This document shows, one piece after another, positions 36,776-37,246 of a stretch of 37,246 bases of DNA (positions within the stretch are counted from its first letter, which is position 1; every line of letters begins with the position of its first letter). The stretch is from contig JAZDOG010000078.1 in assembly GCA_043798915.1 (NCBI GenBank), positions 1-37,246 of the forward strand. The letters are read 5' to 3'. The DNA comes from Pseudomonadota bacterium (GTDB lineage: Bacteria > UBA10199 > 2-02-FULL-44-16 > JAAZCA01). Under the pieces are notes generated by a model. The model was given only the letters and a program-made list of their open reading frames with translations. It did not search any database and had not been told where the DNA came from. The position numbers were made by a program, and so were the translations under genes.

Positions 36776-37246
36776 ATGGAGAGACGCGCCTTCACGCCGT
36801 ATGTGCCGGAGAAGACTGACCTGCGCGAGTTTACGCTGCGCGCCCTGCTCCTGGGCCTCATCATGACGGCCGTCCTCGGCGCGGCAAACGCTTATCTGGG
36901 CCTCAAGGCCGGCATGACCATCGCCGCCACGTACCCGGCCGCGGTCATAGGCATGGCGGTCCTGCGCATCTTCAAGGGCTCGATCCTCGAGGAGAACATG
37001 GCCCGTACCGTGGGCTCCATCGGCGAGTCGATCGCGGCAGGCGCGATATTCACCTTGCCCGCGTTCTTCCTCGCGAAGGTCTGGCCCGAGTTCGGGGGCA
37101 CCGACCACTATCTGGTTGCCACCGCCATCATGCTCCTGGGCGGCCTCCTTGGCATCCTCTTCGTCACGATGCTCAGGCGCGTCATGGTCGAGGACGCGGA
37201 ACTCCCGTATCCCGAATCGGTCGCCGCAAGCGAGATCCACAAGGCG
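36776..37246 (+). CDS. OPT-family oligopeptide transporter (runs off the window end)
   Basis: Manual translation MERRAFTPYVPE...EFTLRALLLG...ANAYLGLKAGMT...ENMARTVGSIGES...LPYPESVAASEI; GGGGGAG SD. Confidence 0.92.
   Translation, partial: MERRAFTPYVPEKTDLREFTLRALLLGLIMTAVLGAANAYLGLKAGMTIAATYPAAVIGMAVLRIFKGSILEENMARTVGSIGESIAAGAIFTLPAFFLAKVWPEFGGTDHYLVATAIMLLGGLLGILFVTMLRRVMVEDAELPYPESVAASEIHKA

Overview
GC-rich bacterial chromosomal window of mostly housekeeping genes. The argS-SPOR-lepA-lepB and mutS-amidase-glnD gene orders plus a Bdellovibrio/Leptospira-type histone suggest a former-Deltaproteobacteria lineage (inference). It holds three tRNAs (Glu-TTC, Lys-TTT, fMet), a bacterial histone, mtgA, dcd, an orphan nuoI, a CbpA-type J protein, an acyl-CoA cluster (thiolase, crotonase, Cys-less thiolase-fold protein, DUF35), a REC-HD-GYP regulator, a J-domain/PilZ fusion, larE-larB, arginine decarboxylase plus agmatinase, an M16 peptidase pair, a B12-radical SAM enzyme and a truncated OPT transporter. 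No transposase, integrase, prophage or CRISPR array was seen. Most notable: (1) a minus-strand three-gene operon (27405-28923) of hydrophobic or Gly-rich coiled-coil proteins that all end in the same [S/G]-[Y/W]-x-x-G-x-P motif and lie behind a sigma-28-like promoter, a candidate set of secreted conduit proteins with a shared C-terminal signal; (2) an unannotated 26-aa Lys-rich microprotein with its own near-consensus promoter, strong SD and terminator, directly upstream of polyamine genes; (3) the histone; (4) a REP-like element whose second copy is split by a 79-nt hairpin-rich insert; (5) several apparently leaderless genes.
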